A program made the translations under genes and the position numbers. From assembly GCA_003210285.1 (NCBI GenBank), contig QCVS01000001.1:41521-105520 (forward strand): a stretch of DNA of 64,000 nucleotides, given 5' to 3'. Below are positions 11,313-23,256 of the stretch, in pieces (the first letter of the stretch is position 1; every line of letters starts with the position of its first letter). This stretch comes from Prochlorococcus sp. AG-686-J21 (lineage in GTDB: Bacteria; Cyanobacteriota; Cyanobacteriia; PCC-6307; Cyanobiaceae). The notes under the pieces were generated by a model, which was not told the origin of the DNA, did not search any database, and saw only the letters and a list, made by a program, of their open reading frames with translations.

Positions 11313-12041
11313 ATGAATGACACTAACCAAATAAATAATGAAGTGCTAAGAAAATCAAAAATTTTATTGGTAGATGATGAGCCTGGTTTAAGAACTGCTG
11401 TAAAAACATTTCTCGAAGACGAAGGTTTTGAAGTCTTTATTGCGGTTGACGGAGAGGATGGCTGGGAAAAAGCTCAAACAATTTTCCCAGATCTAATTAT
11501 TAGCGATATTATGATGCCGAGATCCAATGGTTATGTTTTATTAAAAAAAATAAGAGAAGATGAAAAGCTGGGAGGTACTCCAGTTATTTTTCTTACAGCA
11601 AAGGGAATGACTTTAGATAGAACCCAAGGTTATCTTGCAGGTATTGATGATTATATTTCTAAACCCTTTGATCCAGATGAATTATCTGCAAGAGTTAAAA
11701 ATGTAATCAAAAGGCAAGAGAGATTACTCAAAGAAGCAGCCCGATTTGCAGATATTGATGTTAGTAAAATGGCACAACAGATCACTGAAATAAAATCTAT
11801 GCTTACAGATCAGACTCCACTCAATCAAGAAAATTCTATAGATATTCCAAGTTTTACGCCAAGAGAAGCAAGTGTACTTCAACTTGTAGCAGAGGGCCTT
11901 ATGAATAAAGAAATTGCTAGGAAACTTGAAACCTCTATTAGAAATGTTGAAAAATATGTAAGCAGGCTTTTTATTAAAACGAGTACATCTAGCAGAACCG
12001 AATTAGTCCGTTATGCACTTGAAAATCACCTAGTTAAATAA
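11313..12041 (+). CDS. ycf29: NarL/LuxR-family response regulator (Ycf29-like)
   Basis: Receiver domain (LLVDDE, SDIMMP, YISKPF) plus LuxR HTH (FTPREASVLQLVAEGLMNKEIA). Confidence 0.8.
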   Translation: MNDTNQINNEVLRKSKILLVDDEPGLRTAVKTFLEDEGFEVFIAVDGEDGWEKAQTIFPDLIISDIMMPRSNGYVLLKKIREDEKLGGTPVIFLTAKGMTLDRTQGYLAGIDDYISKPFDPDELSARVKNVIKRQERLLKEAARFADIDVSKMAQQITEIKSMLTDQTPLNQENSIDIPSFTPREASVLQLVAEGLMNKEIARKLETSIRNVEKYVSRLFIKTSTSSRTELVRYALENHLVK

Positions 12042-12042
12042 T

Positions 12043-12744
12043 TTATTTAACTTTCTTAAATTCAATTAATTTAGAAAAATAAAATGGAGCTTGATTTAAT
12101 TTCTTTTGAACTACAGTGAACCCTTTTTCATTAGCAGCATTTATAATCCCTTTTTCTCTTAATGTATAAGCTCTAGTAGTTTTACTTGGCCCAGGAAACA
12201 ACTTTCCGATATTCTTTAACACAGCCAATATTGGTGTATAAGGGGCAAAACTAACTATTAGCTTCTCTTTACTCAAGTCACATAAATGTCTAACCATTTC
12301 TTCTGCTACTGGTTGTGGGTAATGAATAAATACATCTAAACAAATGACAACATCAAATAAACCTTTTAATTGTTCAAGATCACTTGTTAAAAATTTAATT
12401 TTTCTTTGACTTAGACCTAATTCATTGATACGTTTCTTAGTTTCTTTAATCATTTCAGAAGATATATCACTTACCTGCAAATCTTTTATACCAAGTCTTA
12501 GTAAAGGAATAGCTAAACTTCCCACACCGCAACCAGCATCACAAAAAGTCTTACTTGTTAATTCAGGGTAATTTTTTACATACGACACGACATCATCGAC
12601 AGTCTTTTGATGACCTTTTCTAATATTTTGCTGTACTGAATTAATTTCTTCTGATTTACTATAAATTTTTCTCCATCGATCAAAACCAGTCCCATTGAAA
12701 TACTCCCTAACTTCGCTTTTTTCAAGATTTTTATTAGACGTCAT
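12043..12744 (-). CDS. chlM: Mg-protoporphyrin IX methyltransferase
   Basis: YFNGTGFDRW, CDAGCGVG SAM motif, CLDVFIHYP, SRAY-like TRAYTL. Confidence 0.95.
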   Translation of the reverse strand: MTSNKNLEKSEVREYFNGTGFDRWRKIYSKSEEINSVQQNIRKGHQKTVDDVVSYVKNYPELTSKTFCDAGCGVGSLAIPLLRLGIKDLQVSDISSEMIKETKKRINELGLSQRKIKFLTSDLEQLKGLFDVVICLDVFIHYPQPVAEEMVRHLCDLSKEKLIVSFAPYTPILAVLKNIGKLFPGPSKTTRAYTLREKGIINAANEKGFTVVQKKLNQAPFYFSKLIEFKKVK

Positions 12745-12835
12745 AGCAATTCATACAAAATTAGTCTTTTTAATACTAACTAACTAGCGCACAAGTAATT
12801 GCACGTCATTATAAGAAAAGAATTGATTTGTTATT

Positions 12836-13372
12836 TTGTCAGAATTGAATTCCACCAATATTTATAAAATTGCTGTAGTAATGGGAAGTGATTCAGATCT
12901 AAAAACTTTGAAACCTGCAATAGATACATTGAATGAATTTGGAATAGAAACTGAGGTTCGTATACTTTCTGCACATCGAACACCAATGGAAATGATGGAA
13001 TATGCAAAAAAAGCAGAATCAGAAAACATAAAAGTTATTGTCGCAGGAGCCGGTGGAGCTGCTCACCTACCTGGAATGATAGCTTCGCTAACATGCATTC
13101 CTGTTATAGGCGTGCCGGTAGAGAGTAAAACCTTGAAAGGAATTGACTCCCTATTATCAATAGTTCAAATGCCTGCAGGGATTCCGGTAGCAACAGTAGC
13201 AATAAATGGTGCACAAAATGCTGGTTTATTAGCAATTCAAATCCTTTGTTTATTTGATGAAGCTTTAAGATTAAAAATTAAAAAATTTAGAGAGAATTTA
13301 CATGCACAAGTAAGAACTAAAAATAGTAAATTGTCTGATCTAGGAGCTAATAATTACCTAAAAACTGACTAA
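12836..13372 (+). CDS. purE: N5-carboxyaminoimidazole ribonucleotide mutase
   Basis: MGSDSD, SAHRTP, AGAGGAAHLPGM, IVQMPAGIPVAT. Confidence 0.97.
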   Translation: MSELNSTNIYKIAVVMGSDSDLKTLKPAIDTLNEFGIETEVRILSAHRTPMEMMEYAKKAESENIKVIVAGAGGAAHLPGMIASLTCIPVIGVPVESKTLKGIDSLLSIVQMPAGIPVATVAINGAQNAGLLAIQILCLFDEALRLKIKKFRENLHAQVRTKNSKLSDLGANNYLKTD

Positions 13373-13387
13373 TTAGTGTTTTATAAA

Positions 13388-14014
13388 TTAAACCCTTTCA
13401 ATTAAACTCTGGTCTGTAAGATAATTAATAACTTTTTCAACAGAATCATTTAAACCTAAGGATCCTGTATCAACAACTATTTCTGGATTTGCAGGTGCCT
13501 CATATGGGCTAGATATCCCAGTAAATTCTTTAATTTCTCCCAAACGTGCCTTTTTGTATAAACCTTTAGTATCTCTACTCTCACACACATCAATATCTGC
13601 AGCGCAATATACTTCAATAAAATCCTTTGATCCAATAATATTTCTAACCTTATTTCTATCACTAATGAAAGGGGAAACAAATGCTGTAATAGTTATGATT
13701 CCGGCATTCATAAATAAATTAGCTACTTCTCCAATTCTTCTTATGTTTTCTTCTCTATCTTCATCAGAAAATCCAAGATCCTTGCATAAACCATGTCTAA
13801 CATTATCTCCGTCTAGTACATAAGTTGATAAACCATCCAAGTGTAAAACCTCATTTACAGCATTGGCTAAAGTACTTTTACCAGACCCTGATAAACCTGT
13901 AAACCAAATTACCATTCCTTTATGTCCTCTCATTTTTTCTAACTTATTTCTATCAATAGTTAAATTGTGCCATTTTATATTTTTTCCTGAATTTCCCTGG
14001 TTTAGTTCCATCAT
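13388..14014 (-). CDS. cysC: Adenylyl-sulfate kinase
   Basis: WFTGLSGSGKST, LDGDNVRHGL, FTGISSPYE. Confidence 0.96.
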   Translation of the reverse strand: MMELNQGNSGKNIKWHNLTIDRNKLEKMRGHKGMVIWFTGLSGSGKSTLANAVNEVLHLDGLSTYVLDGDNVRHGLCKDLGFSDEDREENIRRIGEVANLFMNAGIITITAFVSPFISDRNKVRNIIGSKDFIEVYCAADIDVCESRDTKGLYKKARLGEIKEFTGISSPYEAPANPEIVVDTGSLGLNDSVEKVINYLTDQSLIERV

Positions 14015-14057
14015 CTTTTTATGTTTCTAAAAGTAGAAGTCTATTTTAACTCTTGAC

Positions 14058-14369
14058 TCATAAATTTTGAAATCCCTCTTTGCGAAGAAACTCAATTGAT
14101 TTGTTTACCATATCTCCTTGTAATTGAATATTTTCTCCTATTACAGTTCCTCCAGTACCACAAAACACTTTCATTTTTTTTAGTAATTCCTTAACTTCTG
14201 TTTCATTTCCGATAGCTAAACCTTTTATTAAAGTAATAGTTTTTCCTTTTTTACCTTTTTTTTGTTTAGAGATACTTATTTTTGATATTTTTTTAAAATT
14301 CTCTTCTTTAAGTTTTTCTTTATAAATATTTTCCTGAGTATCAAATTCAATCCAATTTTTTTTTCCCAT
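14058..14369 (-). CDS. yciH: SUI1/YciH translation initiation factor
   Basis: KKGKKGKTITLIKGL, LKKMKVFCGTGGT, IQLQGD. Confidence 0.88.
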   Translation of the reverse strand: MGKKNWIEFDTQENIYKEKLKEENFKKISKISISKQKKGKKGKTITLIKGLAIGNETEVKELLKKMKVFCGTGGTVIGENIQLQGDMVNKSIEFLRKEGFQNL

Positions 14370-14416
14370 TATTTTTTATATAATCTATAGTTAGTTCATA
14401 CTTATACTATAAAAAA

Positions 14417-15661
14417 TTGGTAAGTACAATTTCCCGCCAGGAACATAATAATAAAGATGACTTAAATCAACCTTCAAAAGGAGGAAGATTTGGGAAATAT
14501 GGAGGTCAATATGTCCCTGAAACACTAATGCCAGCTCTTTTTGAACTGGAAGAAGCAGCGTCTGATGCCTGGAAAGATAAACAATTTGTTAATGAATTAA
14601 ATCATTTACTGAAAACTTATGTAGGAAGAGAAACTCCACTATATGAAGCTAAAAGGCTTACTGAACATTACCAAACAAATACATCCACTAGCAGGATTTG
14701 GCTGAAAAGAGAAGACCTAAATCATACTGGCGCTCACAAAATAAATAATGCATTAGGGCAAGCTTTATTAGCGATAAGAATGGGTAAACAAAGAATAATT
14801 GCAGAAACAGGTGCTGGGCAACACGGAGTTGCCACTGCTACTGTATGCGCAAGATTTGGCTTGAAATGCATTATTTACATGGGCGCAGAAGATATAAAAA
14901 GACAATCATTAAACGTCTTTCGGATGAAACTTTTAGGAGCTGAAGTTAAAGTTGTCACTTCAGGTACTGCAACTCTCAAAGATGCAACTAGTGAAGCTAT
15001 AAGGGATTGGGTATCCAATGTAGAAACAACGCACTATATTTTAGGGTCAGTTGCCGGACCACACCCCTTTCCAATGATTGTTAGAGATTTTCATGCAGTT
15101 ATAGGAGAAGAAGCTAAAAAACAATGTCTAGAATCATTTGGATCATTACCTGATATTTTGCTTGCTTGTGTAGGTGGAGGATCAAATGCAATGGGTCTTT
15201 TTCATCCTTTCGTAAAAGAAAAATCAGTTCGACTAATTGGAGTTGAAGCAGCAGGAAGCGGAGTCAATACTGATAAACATGCCGCGACTATTACTAAAGG
15301 ATCCGTAGGGATTTTACATGGATCAATGAGTCTTCTTTTACAAGATAAGGATGGGCAAGTACAAGAAGCACATTCTATAAGTGCCGGTCTTGATTATCCT
15401 GGGGTAGGTCCTGAACATAGTTATTTAAAAGATATAGGAAGAGCAGAATATGGCTCCGTTACTGATGCAGAAGCTTTAGACGCTTTAAAACTAGTGAGTG
15501 AACTAGAAGGAATTATCCCTGCACTCGAAACAGCTCATGCTTTTGCATGGTTAGAAAAATTATGTCCTACCTTAGATAAAAATACAGAAATAGTAATCAA
15601 TTGTTCTGGTAGAGGAGATAAGGATGTTAATACTGTCGCATCATCCTTGAATATTGAATAA
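14417..15661 (+). CDS. trpB: Tryptophan synthase beta chain
   Basis: [52 protein letters not shown]. Confidence 0.97.
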   Translation: MVSTISRQEHNNKDDLNQPSKGGRFGKYGGQYVPETLMPALFELEEAASDAWKDKQFVNELNHLLKTYVGRETPLYEAKRLTEHYQTNTSTSRIWLKREDLNHTGAHKINNALGQALLAIRMGKQRIIAETGAGQHGVATATVCARFGLKCIIYMGAEDIKRQSLNVFRMKLLGAEVKVVTSGTATLKDATSEAIRDWVSNVETTHYILGSVAGPHPFPMIVRDFHAVIGEEAKKQCLESFGSLPDILLACVGGGSNAMGLFHPFVKEKSVRLIGVEAAGSGVNTDKHAATITKGSVGILHGSMSLLLQDKDGQVQEAHSISAGLDYPGVGPEHSYLKDIGRAEYGSVTDAEALDALKLVSELEGIIPALETAHAFAWLEKLCPTLDKNTEIVINCSGRGDKDVNTVASSLNIE

Positions 15662-16012
15662 CTAATATCTAGGAATTGTTTGATCAATATACTTACTCCA
15701 TCCATCTATACCTTCTTCAAGATTCCAAATCTCATCTACGAGATTGTTATCTAATGACCATTGTCCAAAATTATAACTTCTGATCCCAGCATGACAAAGA
15801 ACAACAAACTTTTTAACTTTTGCATCACTAATTTTTGTTTTTACGTACTCGGCCGAAACTTTACTTATTGGTAAATGTAAAAATTCCCTGGGGAAACAAG
15901 CTATTTCGAGTTCTGAATCCTCCCTAACATCAATAATAATAGGATTTTCATCTTCAGAATTAAACCATTCATTAAGATCAAAAGCATTTAAAGTTTTTGG
16001 ATAATTTCCCAA
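15662..16012 (-). CDS. Rhodanese-like domain protein
   Basis: IIDVRE, LCHAGIRS, NLEEGIDGWS. Confidence 0.88.
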   Translation of the reverse strand: MGNYPKTLNAFDLNEWFNSEDENPIIIDVREDSELEIACFPREFLHLPISKVSAEYVKTKISDAKVKKFVVLCHAGIRSYNFGQWSLDNNLVDEIWNLEEGIDGWSKYIDQTIPRY

Positions 16013-16073
16013 TTGTTATAATTAAATATTTGATATTAACTATTTTATAAGTAAGGTTGCAAGAACATGTTTA

Positions 16074-17543
16074 TTGTTAAAAATAAAAATGAATATTAAA
16101 TACTTAACTTTAGTAACAATATTATCCTTATGCTGTATTTTTGGATTTGAAGAAATTTCTTATAGTTTAAATAAAGTAAGCCGAGATGATATTTCAGAAT
16201 TAAAAATTTTGAAATATTTACCGAAAGATAATAAAACATTATTCATTTCGAATACTAAAAGTTCAAAAATCAATCAATTTATAAGAAAAAATTTTGAAAC
16301 AAAGAATCAAGATGAGCTTGTTTTGATAAAAAATAGTATATTGGCATACTTAGGCATAGATTTAGGCACTAACAAATTAGAAGATATTTATAATAACGAA
16401 CTTGCTGTAACTACTTATGATAATAAAGGAAAAGATATAGATGATGTTTTAATAATATTTAAAATTAAGGAAAAAAAAGATATAAATAATATTTTAAATC
16501 TTGCCAATAACATTGATGAGCCTGATAAATTATTTAAAATATATAGAGAAAATAAATTAAATTATTTAAAGTATATTTATAAAACTAATGATAATTATAT
16601 TATTACTTCCTCCAATAAAACCTTAATACTTGATGCATTACAATCAATTAATATTGATAAAAAAAATATCTCTTTTGAAGAAGTATTGAATAACTTTAAA
16701 GATGAACAAAATATCTTTTTAACTAATAATTTCAAAACATATGAACTATTAAATAATAAAAATTATCCTCTAAAAAAAGAGGACTATTTAGTAACTCTTT
16801 TTAATTTTAAAGATAAAGATATTTTATTAAAATCATATTTAGTTAAAAATAAAAGTTCAAACTTTGTATCTTATAAAACATTAGATAAAGTGAATTTATT
16901 AGATAAACAAAACTATCAAATATATATTTATAATAATTTATTAGATTGTAATAAATGTCTTGATGATATCGATATAAATAATTTTGAAAAAGATTTTATT
17001 AGAGAAATAAATAATAAATTAAAACAAAATATACTATTCTTAAGTTCTGATAATAATTGGTTATTAATTCACGATAAGAATAATTTTTCTCTTGAGAGTA
17101 TAAAATTATTAGAAGATTTTAATAAAAATAGTTTAGAAAATAATAATACTATCTATACAATATATTCTAAAGATATACTTAAAAAAGAAGAAAATATTAT
17201 AAAACAGTCTACTTATAAAAAGATTTTTTCAGTTCAGACTGACAATCTAAACTTTATAAGTAACACTTTGGTAAATGAAGCAGATATAGATTTAATTTCA
17301 AATGAATTTTTTAGTTTAAGAGAAGATAATCATGCTAAGTATTTTCTGAATAAAAAAATAAATCTTAAGAATCCTTACTCTATTCAACCTGAAAATTTCT
17401 CTTATTTAGAAAACATTAATTACTTTTTTAAAAATGTAATTAATTTGTCAATTATAGAATTTAAGGCAATAATCAAACAATCCATTCCAGAAACAGCTCC
17501 TATTTATTACTCAGAAATTATTTTAAAAATATTTAATAATTAA
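16074..17543 (+). CDS. Hypothetical exported or membrane-anchored protein, extremely Asn/Lys/Ile-rich
   Basis: 489-aa open frame in very AT-rich DNA with an N-terminal hydrophobic segment; no motif recognised. Confidence 0.7.
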   Translation: MLKIKMNIKYLTLVTILSLCCIFGFEEISYSLNKVSRDDISELKILKYLPKDNKTLFISNTKSSKINQFIRKNFETKNQDELVLIKNSILAYLGIDLGTNKLEDIYNNELAVTTYDNKGKDIDDVLIIFKIKEKKDINNILNLANNIDEPDKLFKIYRENKLNYLKYIYKTNDNYIITSSNKTLILDALQSINIDKKNISFEEVLNNFKDEQNIFLTNNFKTYELLNNKNYPLKKEDYLVTLFNFKDKDILLKSYLVKNKSSNFVSYKTLDKVNLLDKQNYQIYIYNNLLDCNKCLDDIDINNFEKDFIREINNKLKQNILFLSSDNNWLLIHDKNNFSLESIKLLEDFNKNSLENNNTIYTIYSKDILKKEENIIKQSTYKKIFSVQTDNLNFISNTLVNEADIDLISNEFFSLREDNHAKYFLNKKINLKNPYSIQPENFSYLENINYFFKNVINLSIIEFKAIIKQSIPETAPIYYSEIILKIFNN

Positions 17544-17622
17544 ATTTGACTGATACCTTGTGGTTAACTAAAAATTATTTGACTATCTTAGACCTATAAA
17601 CGATTTATATCACATTAAAGTT

Positions 17623-18768
17623 TTGGATACTAATAAGCTAATTTTAAAACCAGGATTAGAGGGTGTTCCAGTAACTAATTCATCAATATGTGATATTGAC
17701 GGTCAAAAAGGGAAATTATTATATAGAGGATACTCAATTGAAGAATTAGCACAGAAAAGTAGTTTTTTAGAAACTGCTTTTTTATTAATTTGGGGAGAAT
17801 TACCATCAGCAAAAGAACTAAGGGATTTTGAAGAAGAGGTCCAGATGCATCGGAGATTAAGCTTCAGAGTAAGAGATATGATGAAATGCTTCCCTGCAAC
17901 AGGTCATCCAATGGATGCCCTTCAATCCAGTGCAGCCTCTCTAGGTCTTTTCTACTCAAGAAGAGCAATAGATGATCCCAAATATATTTATAACGCAGTG
18001 ATAAGGCTCATTGCTAAAATTCCAACAATGATTGCTGCATTTCAACTTATAAGAAAAGGACAAGATCCTATACAACCAAGAGATGATTTATCCTACTCAT
18101 CAAATTTTCTTTACATGCTGACTGAGAAAGAACAAGATCCTATAGCTGCAAAAGTTTTTGATAGATGCCTAATTCTCCATGCAGAACATAGTTTAAATGC
18201 GAGTACATTTAGCGCACGAGTGACGGCTAGCACTCTTACCGACCCATACGCGGTAATTGCCTCTGCAGTAGGAACATTAGCTGGCCCTCTTCATGGAGGA
18301 GCAAATGAAGATGTAATTGCCATGTTAGAAGACATTAAAACACCTGAAAAAGCTGCTTCTTTTCTGGAAGATGCGATTCAAAACAAAAGTAAAATAATGG
18401 GTTTCGGTCATCGAGAGTATAAAGTTAAAGATCCTCGAGCAATTATTCTTCAGAAATTAGCAGAGGAGCTTTTTATTAGGTTTGGTAAAGATGAAATGTA
18501 TGAAGTTGCTAAAAAATTAGAATTAGAGGCTATCCCAAGGCTAGGAGGAAAAGGTATTTTTCCAAATGTTGATTTCTATTCTGGCCTTGTTTACAGAAAA
18601 CTTGGTATTCCCCGCGACTTATTTACCCCTATTTTTGCAATATCAAGAGTTGCAGGTTGGTTAGCTCACTGGAGGGAACAATTAGGGGCAAACAGAATTT
18701 TTAGACCATCTCAAATTTATACAGGTTCAGCTCCAAGAGATTGGATTACTTTAGAAAATCGAAAATAA
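17623..18768 (+). CDS. gltA: Citrate synthase
   Basis: GLEGV, HAEHSLNASTF, GPLHGGAN, MGFGHREY, DPRA, PNVDFYSG. Confidence 0.97.
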   Translation: MDTNKLILKPGLEGVPVTNSSICDIDGQKGKLLYRGYSIEELAQKSSFLETAFLLIWGELPSAKELRDFEEEVQMHRRLSFRVRDMMKCFPATGHPMDALQSSAASLGLFYSRRAIDDPKYIYNAVIRLIAKIPTMIAAFQLIRKGQDPIQPRDDLSYSSNFLYMLTEKEQDPIAAKVFDRCLILHAEHSLNASTFSARVTASTLTDPYAVIASAVGTLAGPLHGGANEDVIAMLEDIKTPEKAASFLEDAIQNKSKIMGFGHREYKVKDPRAIILQKLAEELFIRFGKDEMYEVAKKLELEAIPRLGGKGIFPNVDFYSGLVYRKLGIPRDLFTPIFAISRVAGWLAHWREQLGANRIFRPSQIYTGSAPRDWITLENRK

Positions 18769-18843
18769 TATTTTCAGCTTTTCATAAAAAACACACATAT
18801 TGTTTATGAAGAGTTAATCTAAAGAATAAATAACAAAAAAATT

Positions 18844-19962
18844 TTGAACTCCGGATTAGATCTCGAATATAGTTTTAATGAAATCTTAAAAGGGTTTGGC
18901 CTCTCAAGTGAACTTGCTCATATAATCTGGCTACCTTTACCAATGTTATTAGTTTTAGTGTCAGCGGTAGTTGGTGTATTAGTAACAGTTTGGTTAGAAA
19001 GAAAAATATCTGCAGCTGCCCAACAAAGAATAGGACCAGAATATGCAGGGGCTTTGGGCGTACTGCAACCAATTGCAGACGGTCTTAAATTACTTGTAAA
19101 AGAGGATATTATTCCTGCAAAAGCAGATTCAATTTTATTCACAGCGGGACCAATATTAGTATTGGTACCGGTTATTCTCTCCTGGTTAATTGTTCCCTTT
19201 GGCCAAAACTTACTTATTAGTAATGTTGGTATTGGAATTTTTCTATGGATAGCTCTAAGTAGTATTCAACCTATTGGTCTTCTTATGAGTGGCTACGCCT
19301 CCAATAATAAATATTCACTATTAGGAGGATTAAGAGCAGCTGCTCAATCTATTAGCTATGAAATACCATTGGCTTTGTCTGTATTAGCTATTGTTTTGAT
19401 GACAAATTCCCTTAGCACTGTAGATATTGTTAATCAACAAAGTGGAGCAGGAATATTAAGTTGGAATATATGGAGGCAACCTATTGGATTCATAATTTTC
19501 TGGATATGTGCTCTTGCTGAGTGCGAAAGGCTACCATTTGACTTACCAGAAGCTGAGGAGGAATTAGTAGCGGGTTATCAAACTGAATATGCTGGAATGA
19601 AATTTGCTTTATTTTATTTAGGCAGCTATATAAACCTAATCCTATCCGCCTTATTAGTATCAATACTTTATTTAGGTGGATGGGGATTTCCTATTCCTGT
19701 GGAGATAATTGCTAAAGTTCTAAACCTTCCAATTAATGCTCCTGTGATTCAAGTTTTCACAGCTTCTATAGGAATCATAATGACTGTTCTCAAAGCATAT
19801 CTACTGGTTTTTATTGCTATATTATTGCGTTGGACAACACCAAGGGTAAGAATAGATCAACTTCTAGATTTAGGATGGAAATTCCTTTTACCCATATCTC
19901 TTGCTAACCTACTTTTGACAGCTGGACTAAAATTAGCTTTCCCTCAATTTTTTGGTGGATAA
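18844..19962 (+). CDS. ndhA: NDH-1 subunit A
   Basis: [43 protein letters not shown]. Confidence 0.97.
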   Translation: MNSGLDLEYSFNEILKGFGLSSELAHIIWLPLPMLLVLVSAVVGVLVTVWLERKISAAAQQRIGPEYAGALGVLQPIADGLKLLVKEDIIPAKADSILFTAGPILVLVPVILSWLIVPFGQNLLISNVGIGIFLWIALSSIQPIGLLMSGYASNNKYSLLGGLRAAAQSISYEIPLALSVLAIVLMTNSLSTVDIVNQQSGAGILSWNIWRQPIGFIIFWICALAECERLPFDLPEAEEELVAGYQTEYAGMKFALFYLGSYINLILSALLVSILYLGGWGFPIPVEIIAKVLNLPINAPVIQVFTASIGIIMTVLKAYLLVFIAILLRWTTPRVRIDQLLDLGWKFLLPISLANLLLTAGLKLAFPQFFGG

Positions 19963-20031
19963 CTTTTAAGTAAAAATACTTAAACAATAAATAAATCCAT
20001 TAGAATAAACTCATTAAGTAAACTCTTTAAA

Positions 20032-20658
20032 ATGAAAGATTTTCTTCAAAAAGTAAATAGTTATATTAAAGAAGCTTTCAGTGCTAGTAAATACTTATAT
20101 GATGGACTCTCTGTAACTTTTGATCATCTCCGAAGGAGACCAGTTACTGTTCAATATCCTTACGAGAAGTTAATTCCTTCTGAGAGATACAGAGGAAGAA
20201 TCCATTATGAATTTGATAAATGTATAGCCTGTGAAGTATGTGTACGAGTTTGTCCGATAAATCTACCAGTAGTGGACTGGGTAATGAATAAGGAAACTAA
20301 AAAAAAGGAACTTAGAAATTACTCTATAGACTTTGGAGTCTGTATTTTCTGTGGGAATTGTGTTGAATATTGTCCAACAAATTGCTTGTCTATGACTGAA
20401 GAATATGAATTAGCTACATTCGATAGACATAATTTAAATTTTGATAATATAGCATTAGGTAGACTTCCTACAAATGTTACTACTGATCCATCTGTAAAAC
20501 CTCTTAAGGAACTTGCATATTTACCTAAGGGAGTTATGGATCCTCATGAAGTGCCTCCTTCAGATTTAAGGGTTGGTAAACTTCCCGAAGAAGTTTATGA
20601 TTGGATGAAACCAGAATTGAAGGATACTAAAGATACCTCTGTTAAACCAAACAAATAA
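20032..20658 (+). CDS. ndhI: NDH-1 subunit I
   Basis: Two CxxCxxCxxxCP 4Fe-4S motifs. Confidence 0.96.
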   Translation: MKDFLQKVNSYIKEAFSASKYLYDGLSVTFDHLRRRPVTVQYPYEKLIPSERYRGRIHYEFDKCIACEVCVRVCPINLPVVDWVMNKETKKKELRNYSIDFGVCIFCGNCVEYCPTNCLSMTEEYELATFDRHNLNFDNIALGRLPTNVTTDPSVKPLKELAYLPKGVMDPHEVPPSDLRVGKLPEEVYDWMKPELKDTKDTSVKPNK

Positions 20659-20671
20659 CTTCAAATAAAAC

Positions 20672-21271
20672 ATGTCAATAGCAGTCACAACCCAAATAAT
20701 TTGTTTTTCAGTACTATCTTTGGTTGTGATAGTAGGAGCATTAGGTGTAATCCTTCTTGAGAGTATTGTTTACTCTGCATTTTTGCTTGGTGGAGTCTTC
20801 ATGAGTGTTGCAGGCTTATATCTCCTATTAAACGCGAGTTTTGTTGCTGCAGCTCAAGTTTTAGTTTATGTAGGAGCAGTTAATGTTCTAATAATTTTTG
20901 CAATAATGTTAGTTAATAAGAAAGAAGATTTAAGGCCTATCGAAAATATTAAATCAAGAAGAATTATATCAACATCAATATGTTTAACTCTTCTAAGTTT
21001 ATTAATTAGAGTTGATTTATCCAATACTTGGGGTTTGGCGGACCCCGAAACATCTATAGGCGAAGAATCTACAATAAGAATTGGAGAACACTTATTTAGT
21101 GATTATTTGCTCCCTTTTGAGGTGGCATCTGTTCTACTTTTAATGGCCATGATTGGAGCTATTGTTTTGGCTAGGAGAGATGTTATGAATGAAGATATTT
21201 CAACAGGATTACCCGTAGATCAAGAGCTAATAGAGAAACCAAATGAACCTTTACTAATAAAAAAAAATTAA
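20672..21271 (+). CDS. ndhG: NDH-1 subunit G
   Basis: [30 protein letters not shown]. Confidence 0.95.
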   Translation: MSIAVTTQIICFSVLSLVVIVGALGVILLESIVYSAFLLGGVFMSVAGLYLLLNASFVAAAQVLVYVGAVNVLIIFAIMLVNKKEDLRPIENIKSRRIISTSICLTLLSLLIRVDLSNTWGLADPETSIGEESTIRIGEHLFSDYLLPFEVASVLLLMAMIGAIVLARRDVMNEDISTGLPVDQELIEKPNEPLLIKKN

Positions 21272-21272
21272 T

Positions 21273-21593
21273 ATGAATTTAGAATCCATCCCACTCCAAG
21301 CTTTCTTAATAGTTTCCTCAATATTATTTTGTATTGGTATTTGGGGATTATTAAATAGTAGAAATGCAGTAAGAGTATTGATGAGTATAGAATTAATGTT
21401 GAATGCAGTGAACATAAATTTGATGGCCTTCTCCTCTTATGTGGACAATAACCTAATTCAAGGACAAGTTTTTACAATTTTTGTTATAACTGTTGCGGCA
21501 GCTGAAGCAGCTGTTGGTTTAGCTATATTGTTGTCTCTTTATAGAAATAGAGTCACTGTGGATATGGAAAGTTTTAATTTATTAAAGTGGTAA
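21273..21593 (+). CDS. ndhE: NDH-1 subunit E (4L)
   Basis: [24 protein letters not shown]. Confidence 0.96.
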   Translation: MNLESIPLQAFLIVSSILFCIGIWGLLNSRNAVRVLMSIELMLNAVNINLMAFSSYVDNNLIQGQVFTIFVITVAAAEAAVGLAILLSLYRNRVTVDMESFNLLKW

Positions 21594-21603
21594 AAAGCAT
21601 CAA

Positions 21604-22518
21604 GTGAAACTTTCATTGGTGCTTATTATTTATCGTTCTAACAGTTCAAGTGCTAAAGAAGCATCCATATTTTGTAACAAGGTCCTCAAAGATAGAAATA
21701 TTAAATCAAACAGAATAGAAAGTGATTTTGATAACAATCAACTAGAGAGCTACTTTTACAAACTTGCTGCATTACCTGATGTAGTAATTGTTCTTGGTGG
21801 TGATGGAACTGTTCTTAAGTCTGCTAATGCATTAGTTAACTATGATATTCCTATTCTTAGTTTTAATATTGGCGGTAATTTGGGATTTTTGACTCAAGAA
21901 AAAGATTTTTTATTTGACCAATCATTTATCAAAATTTTAGAACAAGAAGAATTTATAATTGATTTTAGAAATAGGTTACATTGTGATGTTTATAGTAAAG
22001 AAAAGAATAGAGAAAGAAAATTACTCAAAAGCTATGATGCCTTAAATGATTTTTATTTTAAATCTGTTGAAGAAGATATTACTCCAACCAATCAAATTCA
22101 AATTGAAATAGATAATGAGAAAGTAAACGAATATAAAGGTGATGGTTTAATTATTTCTTCCTCAACTGGTTCCACTGCATACTCTATGGCAGCAGGAGGT
22201 CCAATAGTACACCCCTCAATAAACGCACTAGTAATAAATCCAATATGTCCTATGAGCTTAGCCAGCCGACCAATTATTATTCCTGATACAAGTAAAGTAA
22301 TCATTAGAGTCGTTCAAAAGAACAAAAGAGAAATAAAACTATGGAAAGACGGGTCAAAATGTATGACTATAAAAGAAAATGATTATTGTGAAATTAATAA
22401 AGTAACAAAGCCTTGTAAAATGATTAAATTTAATAAAAGCATTTCATACTACATTACATTAATCAAAAAACTTGATTGGAAAGGAGATTTATCATTAAAA
22501 AATCATCAAAATAATTAG
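21604..22518 (+). CDS. nadK: NAD kinase
   Basis: [40 protein letters not shown]. Confidence 0.95.
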   Translation: MKLSLVLIIYRSNSSSAKEASIFCNKVLKDRNIKSNRIESDFDNNQLESYFYKLAALPDVVIVLGGDGTVLKSANALVNYDIPILSFNIGGNLGFLTQEKDFLFDQSFIKILEQEEFIIDFRNRLHCDVYSKEKNRERKLLKSYDALNDFYFKSVEEDITPTNQIQIEIDNEKVNEYKGDGLIISSSTGSTAYSMAAGGPIVHPSINALVINPICPMSLASRPIIIPDTSKVIIRVVQKNKREIKLWKDGSKCMTIKENDYCEINKVTKPCKMIKFNKSISYYITLIKKLDWKGDLSLKNHQNN

Positions 22519-22995
22519 ATGGCATTAGAAATTGAAAGGCGATTTCTTCTCCAAAATAATCAATGGAAGGAATTTATTACTCATAAAACTTTAATAGAGC
22601 AGGGCTATCTTTCCTACGATTTGGAAGATTGGATCATCAGAATCAGATTTAACGGCAAAAACTTTAAAATTGCACTTAAAAAACATATTAAAAATTTTAC
22701 TAATTACGAATATGAATTCTCAATACCAAATAGTGAAGGTGAAAGAATCATGGCAACTCTCACAAATACAATTAAAAAAGAAAGATTTTTTTTAGAAATT
22801 GATCAAAAAGAATGGATAATAGATTGCTTTAAAGACAAAAATTATCCTTTAGAAATTGCTGAAATTGAGCTTAGTGAAGAAAAAGAAAAAGTTATTCTTC
22901 CATCTTTTTTAGCAAAAGAAATTACAGGTCTAAAAATATATACCAATCTTAGTCTGACAAAACATCCTTTTTCAAAATGGGGAGCAAAGATTTAA
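22519..22995 (+). CDS. CYTH-domain protein
   Basis: N-terminal EIERRFL (ExExK-like), EYEF, AEIEL. Confidence 0.88.
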   Translation: MALEIERRFLLQNNQWKEFITHKTLIEQGYLSYDLEDWIIRIRFNGKNFKIALKKHIKNFTNYEYEFSIPNSEGERIMATLTNTIKKERFFLEIDQKEWIIDCFKDKNYPLEIAEIELSEEKEKVILPSFLAKEITGLKIYTNLSLTKHPFSKWGAKI

Positions 22996-23070
22996 AAAAA
23001 CTACCCAAAAAGCTCTCTTTTCCTTTATATTCTTTTTATATTTGAACTAAACTTTTTATTTTTTTTTGAT

Positions 23071-23256
23071 ATGTATAGTCTTTATGACAGAGATGGAGTA
23101 TTAAGATTTGCCAACTCTGATAGAGAAGCATGTCTTGATTATGCAAAACTGTTTGAATTAAATTCAGCCAATTGTTGTTTGATGAATTTAATAGTAAGTA
23201 TAGATAAAGAAGCTAATATTAATCTTGATCTGAATCAGGCAGAGAACAACAATTAA
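23071..23256 (+). CDS. Small hypothetical protein
   Basis: 61-aa ORF filling the gap (MYSLYDRDGVLRF...); 3' end overlaps the LuxR gene by 38 nt. Confidence 0.55.
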   Translation: MYSLYDRDGVLRFANSDREACLDYAKLFELNSANCCLMNLIVSIDKEANINLDLNQAENNN

